DNA of 64,000 nucleotides, taken from contig CAVXYC010000015.1 in assembly GCA_963765765.1 (NCBI GenBank), positions 480,001-544,000 of the forward strand, in the 5' to 3' direction. The position numbers were made by a program, and so were the translations under genes. Shown here one piece after another: positions 1 through 9,883 of this stretch (the first letter of the stretch is position 1; every line of letters starts with the position of its first letter). The notes under the pieces are model-generated. The model searched no databases, was not told where the DNA came from, and saw only the letters and a list, made by a program, of their open reading frames with translations. This DNA comes from an uncultured Chloroflexia bacterium. GTDB lineage: Bacteria; Chloroflexota; UBA6077; JACCZL01.

Positions 1-143
1 ACAATCGAGGCGACGAAGCCTACTCCAGCGGAAAAGAGCGCGCCGAGTTGCAGGATGCCGACGTCTCGAACGAAAGGGCGGCTGACGAGACTCCGAACCC
101 GATCGAGAATCGGACTACCGCTCGAGCGCGGCGCGGTAGACAT
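1..143 (-). CDS. N-terminus of probable oligosaccharide flippase (Wzx-like), runs off the window
   Basis: Manual translation from ATG 143: MSTAPRSSGSPILDRVRSLVSRPFVRDVGILQLGALFSAGVGFVASIV. Resembles a Wzx first helix and lies directly downstream of the GT operon. Confidence 0.55.
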   Translation of the reverse strand, partial: MSTAPRSSGSPILDRVRSLVSRPFVRDVGILQLGALFSAGVGFVASI

Positions 144-1236
144 CCAGGTAGCTGTCCGCGACGCGATCCCAGGCAAAGGAATGGGCATGCTCTCGTCCTC
201 GTGCTCCGAGCGACTGAGCAAGCTCGGGGTTCTGGAAAAGCGAGCGGATCCTCGCGGCAATCTGCTCAGGCGATTCCTGAGGAGTCAGGTAGCCCGTTTC
301 GCCGTCGATGATGGCGTCCTCGGCACCGCAACCAAGGGAGCCGATAACGGGCAAACCGTATGCGCCCGCTTCGAGATAGGCAAGACCAAATCCCTCGAAC
401 GCAACACCGGTGTTTACCGGTGTGAGGGCGAATACCGTCGCTTCGCGGTAAAGCCTTTTCAGCTCTGCGTCCGGAAGTCGTCCCTCGAGTGAGACGTATC
501 GCTCAACATGAAGCTCGGAGATTTGTTGACGAAGACTCTCGACATAACGACGATCGCTGGTATCGCCGACGATGGAGTACCTGAGCGACGGGAACTCGTC
601 CTTCAGCAGCGCAACGGCTTCGATCGTAACGTGATAACCCTTTCGTCGCTTTACCTCACCAACGCCCAAGAGCAGGGGTTCAGTGGCCTTGCGCGGCCCC
701 GGCGTCGCATCACTGGGAAGCTTGGCGCCATTTGGAATGACCTGCACGTCGGGCAGGTCGATCTTCTCGAGCAGTCTGGAACGAGTGTATTGGCTGACGC
801 AGACGACTTGTTTCGCTGTTTGAAGTGCTCGGGTAAACGCCCAGCGGGTCAGCATGCCTTCGCGGAACGGCGACACTGCATAAGTCCCATGGAGCGTCAT
901 GACGTGGCCGGACGCCCCAGGGGTGCGTGCTCCGAGGGCATACGGTTCCACAATGGCATGGATGAGGTTGGCCTCCCCTCGCCAGCGCGCGGTCTGATAA
1001 GCATTCCAGACTAAGGCGGTGGGTCGGTCCAGTGGAGCCAGTGGGCTGGTGAGGCAGGGGATGACCTCGGCGCCGTGGATCGTGGAGTCTGTCTGGTGTC
1101 GGCTCACAAGAATCCGCAATTGCACGCCGCGCGCAATGAGCGATTCCGCGAGCCCGCGAGCATAGCTTCCCCAACCATTGGTCGATTCGAGATCCGAACA
1201 AAGCCAGAGGAGCTGTAGGTCGGTGGTGGATGCCAT
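115..1236 (-). CDS. Glycosyltransferase family 4
   Basis: GT-B motifs VGEVKRRKG and EGFGLAYLEAGAYGLPVIGS. Confidence 0.93.
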   Translation of the reverse strand: MASTTDLQLLWLCSDLESTNGWGSYARGLAESLIARGVQLRILVSRHQTDSTIHGAEVIPCLTSPLAPLDRPTALVWNAYQTARWRGEANLIHAIVEPYALGARTPGASGHVMTLHGTYAVSPFREGMLTRWAFTRALQTAKQVVCVSQYTRSRLLEKIDLPDVQVIPNGAKLPSDATPGPRKATEPLLLGVGEVKRRKGYHVTIEAVALLKDEFPSLRYSIVGDTSDRRYVESLRQQISELHVERYVSLEGRLPDAELKRLYREATVFALTPVNTGVAFEGFGLAYLEAGAYGLPVIGSLGCGAEDAIIDGETGYLTPQESPEQIAARIRSLFQNPELAQSLGARGREHAHSFAWDRVADSYLDVYRAALER

Positions 1237-2441
1237 TACGCCTGTTTGGAGCTGACGTTCGTTAGGACGTCAAGGATACTGGAGGCGCGTGCGTCCCAAG
1301 AGTATCGCTGCACGTCCTCCCTGGCACGTGCGGCGAGTCGATCGGCCAACGTCCTATCGCTAAGCAACCGATCCACCGCCTGAGCCAATGCCGCGGGGTC
1401 ACCCGGCGGCACGAGCAGCGCATTTGCCTCATGTTGCAGCACGTCCCGTAAGGACGGCAGGTCACTCGCCACTATCGGTACACCAGCGGCCATGTAGTCG
1501 AAGAGTTTGAGCGGTGATGTGAAGTATCGCCCAAAAGGGGAGTCGGGTAACGGGATCACGGTAACGGCGGCATCTCGAAGCCGCCTTGAAACCTCACGAT
1601 ATGGTACCCAACCGGTGAATTGAACACGGGCGGACACACCGAGCTGTCTTGCTAATTCACGCAATCGTCGAATGTCTGGCTCGTCCGTCCCCGGCTTCTC
1701 AGTGCCGCCGATGATGACGAGGGGCTCGGCCCGCGGAGCTACCGAGGCGGCGCGAATCAGCGTGTCCACGCCTTTCCACGGATAGAGCTGACCGACGTAG
1801 TACACGCCCTTTCTCGTTGACGAGGACGCGCTCTCTTCAGTTCCGACGTTCGTGCCATCGGGGACCACCGCCATCTGCTCCGCTGCTCGGTTGTGTCGCT
1901 CGGCGATCAGTCGCTTGAGCTCAGATGTGACGCAGATGACGTGTCCAGCGCTGGAAAAGACGCGCTTCTCGATTTTCGCGATGCGCTCGGCCTCACGCGG
2001 CGCTCCTAGAAGCTCGGCCTCTAACGAGCTGAGATCGTGCACCTCATAGACAATGCGCTGCTGAATTGCGGTCCCAAGCTGACACAGGAGTGATGCGAGA
2101 CGGAGGTCTCGTACGATGATCGCATCTGGTAGCGGTCGGAGTAGCCACGAAGCCCGACAAATTAGCCCAGCAAGATATGAGGCCTGCCAGATGCGTGTGT
2201 ACCAACGGTCCACACGCGCGTGTGGACGGGCGATCGGAATTCGGACGATCCGAAGCCGTGAGTGAGGCTCCAGCCCGAATGGCTCGAGCACTTCACGGTC
2301 ACCGCCACGGTCTCGTCGCCCACCAACCAGCGTTACTCGAGTGCCAGCCCGGGCGAGGGCATGCGCCGTGTTGACGATCTGAATTGCGCGTGCCTTGCGG
2401 TGCGGCAGGTCCACGCTGGCTAAGTAGAGGATGGAGGTCAT
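1236..2441 (-). CDS. Glycosyltransferase family 4
   Basis: YVGQLYPWKGVD and SPLKLFDYMAAGVPIVASD; start taken at MTSILY. Confidence 0.92.
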   Translation of the reverse strand: MTSILYLASVDLPHRKARAIQIVNTAHALARAGTRVTLVGGRRDRGGDREVLEPFGLEPHSRLRIVRIPIARPHARVDRWYTRIWQASYLAGLICRASWLLRPLPDAIIVRDLRLASLLCQLGTAIQQRIVYEVHDLSSLEAELLGAPREAERIAKIEKRVFSSAGHVICVTSELKRLIAERHNRAAEQMAVVPDGTNVGTEESASSSTRKGVYYVGQLYPWKGVDTLIRAASVAPRAEPLVIIGGTEKPGTDEPDIRRLRELARQLGVSARVQFTGWVPYREVSRRLRDAAVTVIPLPDSPFGRYFTSPLKLFDYMAAGVPIVASDLPSLRDVLQHEANALLVPPGDPAALAQAVDRLLSDRTLADRLAARAREDVQRYSWDARASSILDVLTNVSSKQA

Positions 2442-2528
2442 CGCGTCGTGTGAGAGACCGCTTCCGGCCGCGACAGGCAGAGACGTCCGTCCCACCGGGG
2501 CCGGTGTGACGGACGTTCGGCGCTAGCG

Positions 2529-3761
2529 TTAGCCATGCTGTTGATCGAGATGTTCCAGGATCCGCTCCGCGCGCCTCTCCCACGTGTACTGAGCGGCTTC
2601 GGCGCGGGCGGTGGCCGCTATGGCAGCTGCGAATGGCGGATCATCGAGTACACGACGAAGTCCCGCAGCCAGGGCGGTGGGTGAGTCGGGCTCCACCAGC
2701 ACGCCATTCTCGCCATCGCGCAGGATTTCGCGGATCGAATCGAGATTGCTTGCTACCAGCGGCGTCCCTGCCGCCATGGCATCGAACAGCTTGAGTGGCG
2801 ACGTGAAATAGCGCGACATCAGCACATCCGGCAGTGGCACAACCGCTACGGATGCCTGAGCCAGGCACCGTGGGACCTGGTGGTACGGAACGAAGGCGTG
2901 AAACTTCACTCGATCCGAGAGACCAAGACTTCCCGAAAGCTGCTCTAACCGGGCGCGATCGATATCCGTCCCGTTCTCCTGCACGCCACTTCCGACGATC
3001 GTGAGAGTGGCGTTCGATACCTCAGCGAGTGCGCGAACCAGCGTATCTACACCCTTCCATCGATAAAGCTGCCCAACGTAGAAAATGGACCGTTTATCCG
3101 CCGCAACCGCGGTACGACCTGTCGGCACGTCAGCCCCATCAGGGATGGCTCGGACAAGCGACTCCGACACTCCCTCAGAATCCACGATGAGACGGCGACA
3201 CGCTTCCGTTAGAGTGATCAGCCGGTCTGACTGCTGGAGGACGAACGACTCCAGAGCCCGTGTGCGGTTGGCGACCCCCCACTGCTCTCCCTGTTCAAGT
3301 GAGCGATTGTCCCGCGGGCGTGTTCCAAACAGCTCATGCGCTTCGTAGACCACTTTTACTCGGGTCAGCGACCGGAGCTTGATAAAGGTCCAGGCAACCC
3401 GTGGATCCCTTGTGAAGACCCAAGCCGGCCTCGCGCCCGGGGGCATGCGCAACAAGCTCAGCGCTGCTCCAGCGCAATAACTTAAGTTCGTAACCGCCAA
3501 ACGTTTGTGAATCTCAATGAATCTAAGCGCTTCCGGTACCTGAGCAACGGTGATGGATTTAACGGAGAGGCGTGGATGGGACTCGAGTCCGTAGAGCGCG
3601 AGCGCCTGGGCTACGCCGAGCTTCATGGGACTCCACGGGCGCATCGTCATGAGACGCACTTTGCTGCCAGCTCGCGCCAGGGCGTGTGCGGTGTGTATCG
3701 TCTGGATTGCACGGGCCTGTTCCGATGGCCATTCAAAATTCCCGGCGTAAAGAATTCTCAT
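2529..3761 (-). CDS. Glycosyltransferase family 4 (paralog of adjacent gene)
   Basis: YVGQLYRWKGVD and YFTSPLKLFDAMAAGTPLVAS; shares ARAIQ..TAHALARAG with 1236-2441. Confidence 0.93.
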   Translation of the reverse strand: MRILYAGNFEWPSEQARAIQTIHTAHALARAGSKVRLMTMRPWSPMKLGVAQALALYGLESHPRLSVKSITVAQVPEALRFIEIHKRLAVTNLSYCAGAALSLLRMPPGARPAWVFTRDPRVAWTFIKLRSLTRVKVVYEAHELFGTRPRDNRSLEQGEQWGVANRTRALESFVLQQSDRLITLTEACRRLIVDSEGVSESLVRAIPDGADVPTGRTAVAADKRSIFYVGQLYRWKGVDTLVRALAEVSNATLTIVGSGVQENGTDIDRARLEQLSGSLGLSDRVKFHAFVPYHQVPRCLAQASVAVVPLPDVLMSRYFTSPLKLFDAMAAGTPLVASNLDSIREILRDGENGVLVEPDSPTALAAGLRRVLDDPPFAAAIAATARAEAAQYTWERRAERILEHLDQQHG

Positions 3762-4876
3762 GTGACTGGAATATCTCGACGGTGGCCGGATGCGCTGGAT
3801 CCCAATGGGCGGACCAATTTCACAAGCTCGTCAGCGAGGTGCTCGACGCTATGCTCCTTGATCACACGGTCCCTCAGCAGGTGCGCTCGGCCTTCGCGCT
3901 CGGCCACAGGACGGTCGACCCACCGTGCGATCAGACTAGCCACGGCCTGTGCGCTATGTTCTCCGGGGATGTGATCAGCGTGCTCGTCGCTGAAAAAGGG
4001 TCTCAGCGCCGCGTTCGTAGTGATCGGAAGCGCCCCCGCGCTGGCGGCCTCGAGGACGGCTTTGTCAAGGCTGCCGGTCTGGCTGCATGACACGAATATT
4101 GACGCGCGCTGGTATTCAAGCGAGACCTCATCATGCGGAACGCCCGGTGCGATGTGGACCTGGGTGCTGAGTGCAAGCTGCTGGACTTGTTGCTCGAGCT
4201 GGGCGCGATAGTTCTGCTCCTGAGGCAACGTGGCGCCACCGATGATGCGAAGCCGCAGATTGCTCAGGCCCCGGTCTCGGAGTAATGCCATCGCATTCAG
4301 CACAACCTCGTAGTGTTTCACCGGTGAGATTCTTCCGATGGAGACGATCAGGCTTTCGTCCCGAAATGAACCGGGGGTAAACGCGTCAGTGTCGATCCCC
4401 TGACCGGTGATTGTGATCTTGTTGCTGCGGATTCGCAGTCCGTCGGGCGTGGACGTTCCCGCACAGTCCACTAGAGCGTGGGCCAACCGCAACATGGGGG
4501 AGACCGCGCCGTGCGCGTACCACATGGCTAGGGGGACGCGAGCCGGTTTCACAATTGGAGCGGCGCACACGGCGAAGATGGGGCCCATGTGCGCAATGAC
4601 GCCATCTAGCTGACCGCGCCAGCAGAGATTTGCCAGGGTAGAGGTGAGGCGGGCGATCACCGCGATTTTGCCGCCCGGCCCGTCGCGGTCCAACGAATGC
4701 AGGGTGACGTTTGATGGAAGGGGCGGGTTACTACGCCAGAGCTGAAGCACAGTGAGATGATCGACTCGCGCCGCTAACCGCTCAACCCAGGTGTGAATGA
4801 ATCCCAATAGGGGGTCTTTCGGATCAACCAGTGGAGTGATCAGTGCAAGCCGCATGGTTCGGATCGCCTCAGCCAC
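3758..4876 (-). CDS. Glycosyltransferase family 4
   Basis: SIGRISPVKH and GSLDKAVLEA motifs. Confidence 0.9.
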   Translation of the reverse strand: MAEAIRTMRLALITPLVDPKDPLLGFIHTWVERLAARVDHLTVLQLWRSNPPLPSNVTLHSLDRDGPGGKIAVIARLTSTLANLCWRGQLDGVIAHMGPIFAVCAAPIVKPARVPLAMWYAHGAVSPMLRLAHALVDCAGTSTPDGLRIRSNKITITGQGIDTDAFTPGSFRDESLIVSIGRISPVKHYEVVLNAMALLRDRGLSNLRLRIIGGATLPQEQNYRAQLEQQVQQLALSTQVHIAPGVPHDEVSLEYQRASIFVSCSQTGSLDKAVLEAASAGALPITTNAALRPFFSDEHADHIPGEHSAQAVASLIARWVDRPVAEREGRAHLLRDRVIKEHSVEHLADELVKLVRPLGSSASGHRRDIPVT

Positions 4877-6005
4877 CGCGGGAGGCGACCGCTTCCAGGC
4901 AGACCTGGATCGTCCGGTCTACCTGGGTATCCACGGAATGTGCGAGCGCCCAGGCACGATTGCGGCGCCCGTACTCGGCAGCCAGCTCAGGCGAGCTGAG
5001 GCACTCGGCAATGGCAGTTGCGAACCCGCGGACATCTCCTGTGGGAACCAGCCAACTATTCTTCCCGTTCTCGAGGAGCTCGCGATTTCCTTCAATATCT
5101 GACGCGATAATGGGTAGTCCGATGGCCATTCCCTCGAGAAGCACGTGGGAGAGACCCTCGTATCCAGATGCAAGAGCCAGGACGGAGCACTGTGTCATCA
5201 ACGGCTCAATCGCAGCTCGTTCCACCTGCCCCAAGAAGTCCACTCTTCCGGGCGCCTGGCGGTTAGCTAGCTGCTCGAGCCGGTGACGATCATTCCCATC
5301 GCCCGCGATCACCAGGCGCGGTGCGTTAGCGCTATGCCGGAGTAGACCAATCGCCTGTATGAGGGTGTCAATACCCTTCCAAGGTGCCAGGCGGGCAACG
5401 GTGACGACCACCGGCGGCTCGGTCTGAAGCGTGGCAGCATGCTCTGGGGCGGGCACGGCGTTATGGACAACGCGAATGGACGAGCTCGAGATTCCCCAAC
5501 CAGACACTACCGACCTGAGGTAATTACTGGGGACGATCACGCGATCGGCAGCGGACACGTAGGTACGCTGCATCGCCTTGAGGAGCCGAACTCGGGGCCC
5601 GCCCCGGACGATCTGGAACTGATCAATGCCCACATCGCCGGAGCAAAGTCCGTGTCGCACCGAGAATTCCCACGCAAAATCACCAACGATCTTGATCACC
5701 ATCGGAAGCCTGCGCAATGAATTGATCAGCGCTGGCGGCAATCCGTAGTCGCTCACAAAAAGCAGGTCACAGTCTCGAGTACCGCGAAAAATCGCCCGAG
5801 TGAACTTTGCGAGTCGTACCGGAATCGACGTCGTGCGAGAGACACGTTCAATGGAGCAAGGGAGATCGCTGATCTGCGACTCACCATATGTAACGACGTG
5901 AACGTCATGGCCTCGTGCAACAAATGCCGGGATGAGCTGTGAAAGATAGGTAGGCGGTCCACCCACGTCCGGCGGGAACGTGCCCGACGCGATACAGATA
6001 CGCAC
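4869..6005 (-). CDS. Glycosyltransferase family 4
   Basis: FPPDVGGP, VARLAPWKG, YEGLSHVLLEGMAIGLPIIAS; GTG start inferred. Confidence 0.92.
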   Translation of the reverse strand: MRICIASGTFPPDVGGPPTYLSQLIPAFVARGHDVHVVTYGESQISDLPCSIERVSRTTSIPVRLAKFTRAIFRGTRDCDLLFVSDYGLPPALINSLRRLPMVIKIVGDFAWEFSVRHGLCSGDVGIDQFQIVRGGPRVRLLKAMQRTYVSAADRVIVPSNYLRSVVSGWGISSSSIRVVHNAVPAPEHAATLQTEPPVVVTVARLAPWKGIDTLIQAIGLLRHSANAPRLVIAGDGNDRHRLEQLANRQAPGRVDFLGQVERAAIEPLMTQCSVLALASGYEGLSHVLLEGMAIGLPIIASDIEGNRELLENGKNSWLVPTGDVRGFATAIAECLSSPELAAEYGRRNRAWALAHSVDTQVDRTIQVCLEAVASRGG

Positions 6006-6300
6006 GGCGGAAAGTATAGAGCGCCACACGATAGCCAGTAATGAGTGATGAGTGATAAGTGGCAGGCGGGGCGAGCATGCATCGCTACTGCTGCTCGCTA
6101 CTCACGCCCGTTTGGCACCGTGGTGCCTACGTGTGACACAATCGTCCCGGCCGGAATCGTCAGGATTGGTTCGTGAGTCTTGACGGTTATGCATCGTCAG
6201 CAGCCGGCGGACTTCGCCGCCCCCCGTGTGGAGAGCGTGGACGAGTCCGAGTACCGAAGCCCATTCGTCGCTCTCGTCCAAGGAGTTGAGGCCGCCCTTC

Positions 6301-7479
6301 GTGCGCATTTTGATGCTCAACTACGAGTTTCCGCCGCTTGGCGCCGGTGGAAGCACGTCTTCGTACCACCTCGCTCGGACTCTGGTGGAGCTCGGCAATG
6401 AGGTCGACGTCATCACCATGAGTTTGACCGGCATTCCTCGGCAGGAGACCATGGACGGAATTCGCGTGATGCGCGTGCCGTCCCTCCGAAGTAAGCGGGA
6501 AGTCTGTCATACCCACGAAATGGGCACATACGTCCTTAGTGGGACCATGTTCGCCGCCGCTCAGGTGCGCCGCCGTCATTATGATATTGTCAACAGCCAT
6601 TTCATCTTCCCCACGGGGCCCATCGCCTACATGCTTCGTCGATTGGGCGGGCCGCGATACGTTCTGACCGCCCGAGGGTCGGACGTCCCTGGTCACAATC
6701 CGAATCGTTTCCGATTCGATCATCAGCTTCTCCTGCCTGCCTGGAGACACATCGTTCGCGACGCTGACGCGGTTGTGGCTGTGTCGCACGACCTCGCGGC
6801 GCGCATCCGCGCGCATGCCGGCTGCGAAGTCACGGTTATCCCAAACGGCTGCAGCCCGATTGCGCTTGGTGGATTCAGCGGCGAGCAGCTCGGTCTTGAT
6901 CCCAATCTCGAGGGTCGACGCATTCTCATGGTGACGCGACTCCACGAGTTCAAGGGTGTTCAATATCTCATTGAGGCAGCCCGCACAATTGGCTCGAATA
7001 TGGAGATCCATGTCGTTGGAGACGGCCCATACAGAGCCACGTTGGAGAACCTGGCGCACGAACTGGGAGTCCGAGTTCGATTCTGGGGTTGGCTTGACCG
7101 ATCCTCTCAGGAGCTGCGGGGCCTCTACCAGCACTGTTCGGTATTTGTATTTCCGTCGGAGCGAGAGGGCTCGCCCGCGGTGCTTCAGGAAGCCATGAGC
7201 GCCGGGCTCACCGTCGTCGCCGCAGATGCGGCTGGAACGCCCGAAGTCGTGGGCGATGCCGGGATCTTGGTGCCCCCGCGTGACCCCCAGGCAATCGTAG
7301 ATGCCCTGACGCGACTCTTCAGCTCGCCAACGCTGATCGATGAGCTGAGCGAGCGGGCTCGACGACGCGTGGTCACCGAATTCAATTGGACAGACCTTGC
7401 TCGTCGATACGAGCAGCTTTATCGGCGCGTTCTCGGACGACCTGGTAGCGAGCCCGCACTCACGGGCCAACCAACATGA
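6301..7479 (+). CDS. Glycosyltransferase family 4
   Basis: RILMLNYEFPPLGAGG and EGSPAVLQEAMSAG. Confidence 0.92.
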   Translation: MRILMLNYEFPPLGAGGSTSSYHLARTLVELGNEVDVITMSLTGIPRQETMDGIRVMRVPSLRSKREVCHTHEMGTYVLSGTMFAAAQVRRRHYDIVNSHFIFPTGPIAYMLRRLGGPRYVLTARGSDVPGHNPNRFRFDHQLLLPAWRHIVRDADAVVAVSHDLAARIRAHAGCEVTVIPNGCSPIALGGFSGEQLGLDPNLEGRRILMVTRLHEFKGVQYLIEAARTIGSNMEIHVVGDGPYRATLENLAHELGVRVRFWGWLDRSSQELRGLYQHCSVFVFPSEREGSPAVLQEAMSAGLTVVAADAAGTPEVVGDAGILVPPRDPQAIVDALTRLFSSPTLIDELSERARRRVVTEFNWTDLARRYEQLYRRVLGRPGSEPALTGQPT

Positions 7480-8471
7480 CGATGAGTGTTGCAAAGGGAG
7501 CCGAAACGAAGTCCCCGCCACGCATTCCCTGGGGATTGATCCTCAAGATCTCGATAGCCGTTGCAGTCACGGCATACGTGTTGAGCCGCGCCGGATTGAC
7601 CGGCGCGTTGGAGACGTTGAAGTCAGCTCAATGGGGTGTCGTCGCCATGGCGGCGATCTTCGCAACCGTGGCCATGCTGCTCAACGTTACGCGTTGGCGC
7701 ATGATGATCGCCGCCCAGGGCTCTGACGCACCGCTTCCGACACTAGTTCGCCTTTATCTCGTCGGCATGTTTTTCAACAACATCTTGCCTTCGAGGTTTG
7801 GCGCGGACGTGGTGCGAGCGTACGGGGCGGCCGGTGTAGCAGCAGGGCGGACGCGCTCTGTGGCGTCAGTCGTGATGGACAGGCTCGTCGGCGCTATTTC
7901 TGTGCTCATCCTCGGCCTGGTCGCCGTTGTTGTTCGGCCATCCATGATCGAAGGCCGACTGGGGCAATCGTTCGTCGTCATGTTTGTGCTATTGGTTGGC
8001 CTGCTGCTCCTCCTACTGTACCGATCGGAGGGCACGAACCGATTTCGCGACGCCTTCCTGCGATTTACAGACGTGACGATTTTCGGGATTCGCATTCGAT
8101 CCCGAGTTGATGCCGCGATAGATGCCATGCGCTCGTACGCCGGTGCCCGCGGGCTAATCGTGCGTGCCCTCTTGATCTCACTGTTAGCTAACGGCCTGTC
8201 GATTCTGAATCTATATCTGTACGGATCTGCCGTGGACGCGGGCGTATCTCTGGCCGACGTTGCCTCGGTGGCGCCTATCATCCTTGCCGTCGGCCTGCTG
8301 CCGCTATCGATTAACGGACTGGGAACCGTGGAGCTCGCATTTGTGGTGCTCTTCGGCGCGATGGGGGTTCCTGAGCCGATCGCCCTGGCGATCGCGATTC
8401 TCAGACGCCTCGTCCTGCTCGGTATGAGCCTGGTGGGCGGCGTGCTCTACACGGTCAAGAAGTTTGGATAG
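7476..8471 (+). CDS. Lysylphosphatidylglycerol synthase TM / flippase-like membrane protein (UPF0104)
   Basis: Multi-TM protein with FFNNILPSRFGADVVRAY and LPLSINGLGTVE motifs. Confidence 0.88.
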   Translation: MTMSVAKGAETKSPPRIPWGLILKISIAVAVTAYVLSRAGLTGALETLKSAQWGVVAMAAIFATVAMLLNVTRWRMMIAAQGSDAPLPTLVRLYLVGMFFNNILPSRFGADVVRAYGAAGVAAGRTRSVASVVMDRLVGAISVLILGLVAVVVRPSMIEGRLGQSFVVMFVLLVGLLLLLLYRSEGTNRFRDAFLRFTDVTIFGIRIRSRVDAAIDAMRSYAGARGLIVRALLISLLANGLSILNLYLYGSAVDAGVSLADVASVAPIILAVGLLPLSINGLGTVELAFVVLFGAMGVPEPIALAIAILRRLVLLGMSLVGGVLYTVKKFG

Positions 8472-8598
8472 GGCCCGATTAGAGTGCGGCCGTCTTTGCC
8501 GTTTGGTCCTGAGCGGAGCGACTTCCGCGGAGCGGCTTCCACCGTTGTGAAACTGGCGATCGTAGGCGCAGTCCAAAGTCTGTCGCCGAACTAATCGC

Positions 8599-9780
8599 GT
8601 GACGACAGCTAGGAAGCTCCGCGTACTACGCGCGATCACTCGTCTTAACGTTGGTGGGCCATCGATTCACGCAATCATGTTGACGCGTGACCTCAATCCC
8701 AGGATATTCGAATCCCTTCTGGTGACGGGTGTCGAGAGCCCAACCGAGGGCACCATGCGGTACCTGGCCGACGAGAACGGCGTGCGGCCGCTGGTTGTTG
8801 AAGCCCTGGGACGAGAAGTAAGCCCCTTGAACGATGTGAAGACTCTACTGGATATGTACCGCGTCATTCGGCGCAATAAGCCTGACATCGTCCACACGCA
8901 CATGGCCAAGGCTGGCACCACTGCGCGACTCGCAGCCTGGCTCGCGCGTGTACCAATCATCGTCCACACGTACCACGGACATGTCTTCCACAGCTACTTC
9001 AGTCCGCGTAAGACGGCTATGTTTCTGGCTATCGAGCGCACACTTGGGAAGCTTACCGATCGTATCGTCGTGGTTGGCGACAAGCAAAAAGACGAGATTG
9101 CGGGGTTCAACGTCGCTCCCATGGAAAAACTCGTGGCGATACCGCTCGGTTTGCCACTCGAGCCCTTCCTTACCGCGGATGATGCTCGCGGCGAGCTTCG
9201 GCGAGATATAGGCATTGAGAACGACATTCCGCTGGTGGGCATCGTCGCGCGGCTGGTGCCAATCAAAGCACACGAGTACTTTCTTCAAGCGGCGCAACGC
9301 ATATCTGCACAGCGTGATGACGTCCATTTTGCCGTTGTCGGAGATGGCGAGCGCCGCGAAGAGCTCGAAACCATGGGCCGCGATCTGGGAATTGCCGATC
9401 GGGTACACTTTCTCGGCTGGCGGCGGGACATGCGGCAGGTTTATGCCGACCTCGACGTAGTTGTGCTTTCATCGCTCAATGAAGGCTCGCCCGTAGCGGT
9501 GATCGAGGCGATGGCGGCTGCTCGACCAGTAGTAGCCACCAGCGTGGGTGGAGTCGGCGAAGTGGTTGACGATGGCACAACCGGAATACTCGTACCTCCT
9601 CGGGATGCGGATGCCATCGCATCTGGAGTGCTGCGGTTCCTCGGGGATCCTGCCTGGTCCAAAGCTGTTGGGCTCGCCGGTCGATCATCCGTGGTGCCGA
9701 GATACGCAGTCAGCCGACTAGTTGGAGACATCGAGCGCTTGTACGTAGACCTCGCTCAAACAAAGGGTCTAGTTGCGTGA
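8599..9780 (+). CDS. Glycosyltransferase family 4
   Basis: ITRLNVGGP, HTHMAKAG, NEGSPVAVIEAMAA. Confidence 0.94.
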   Translation: MTTARKLRVLRAITRLNVGGPSIHAIMLTRDLNPRIFESLLVTGVESPTEGTMRYLADENGVRPLVVEALGREVSPLNDVKTLLDMYRVIRRNKPDIVHTHMAKAGTTARLAAWLARVPIIVHTYHGHVFHSYFSPRKTAMFLAIERTLGKLTDRIVVVGDKQKDEIAGFNVAPMEKLVAIPLGLPLEPFLTADDARGELRRDIGIENDIPLVGIVARLVPIKAHEYFLQAAQRISAQRDDVHFAVVGDGERREELETMGRDLGIADRVHFLGWRRDMRQVYADLDVVVLSSLNEGSPVAVIEAMAAARPVVATSVGGVGEVVDDGTTGILVPPRDADAIASGVLRFLGDPAWSKAVGLAGRSSVVPRYAVSRLVGDIERLYVDLAQTKGLVA

Positions 9781-9883
9781 GCGACGGCGGATGCACGCGG
9801 TGCTCGATCCTTAAGTCGGGAACTTCCATCCGGCAAAACCTGGTTTTTAGCGATTGTTCGGTTGGACTTCTCGCGGTGAACAT

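Noticed and set aside
6187-7521. 444-aa minus-strand ORF
   Set aside because: Shadow of the plus-strand GT4 gene; no motifs.
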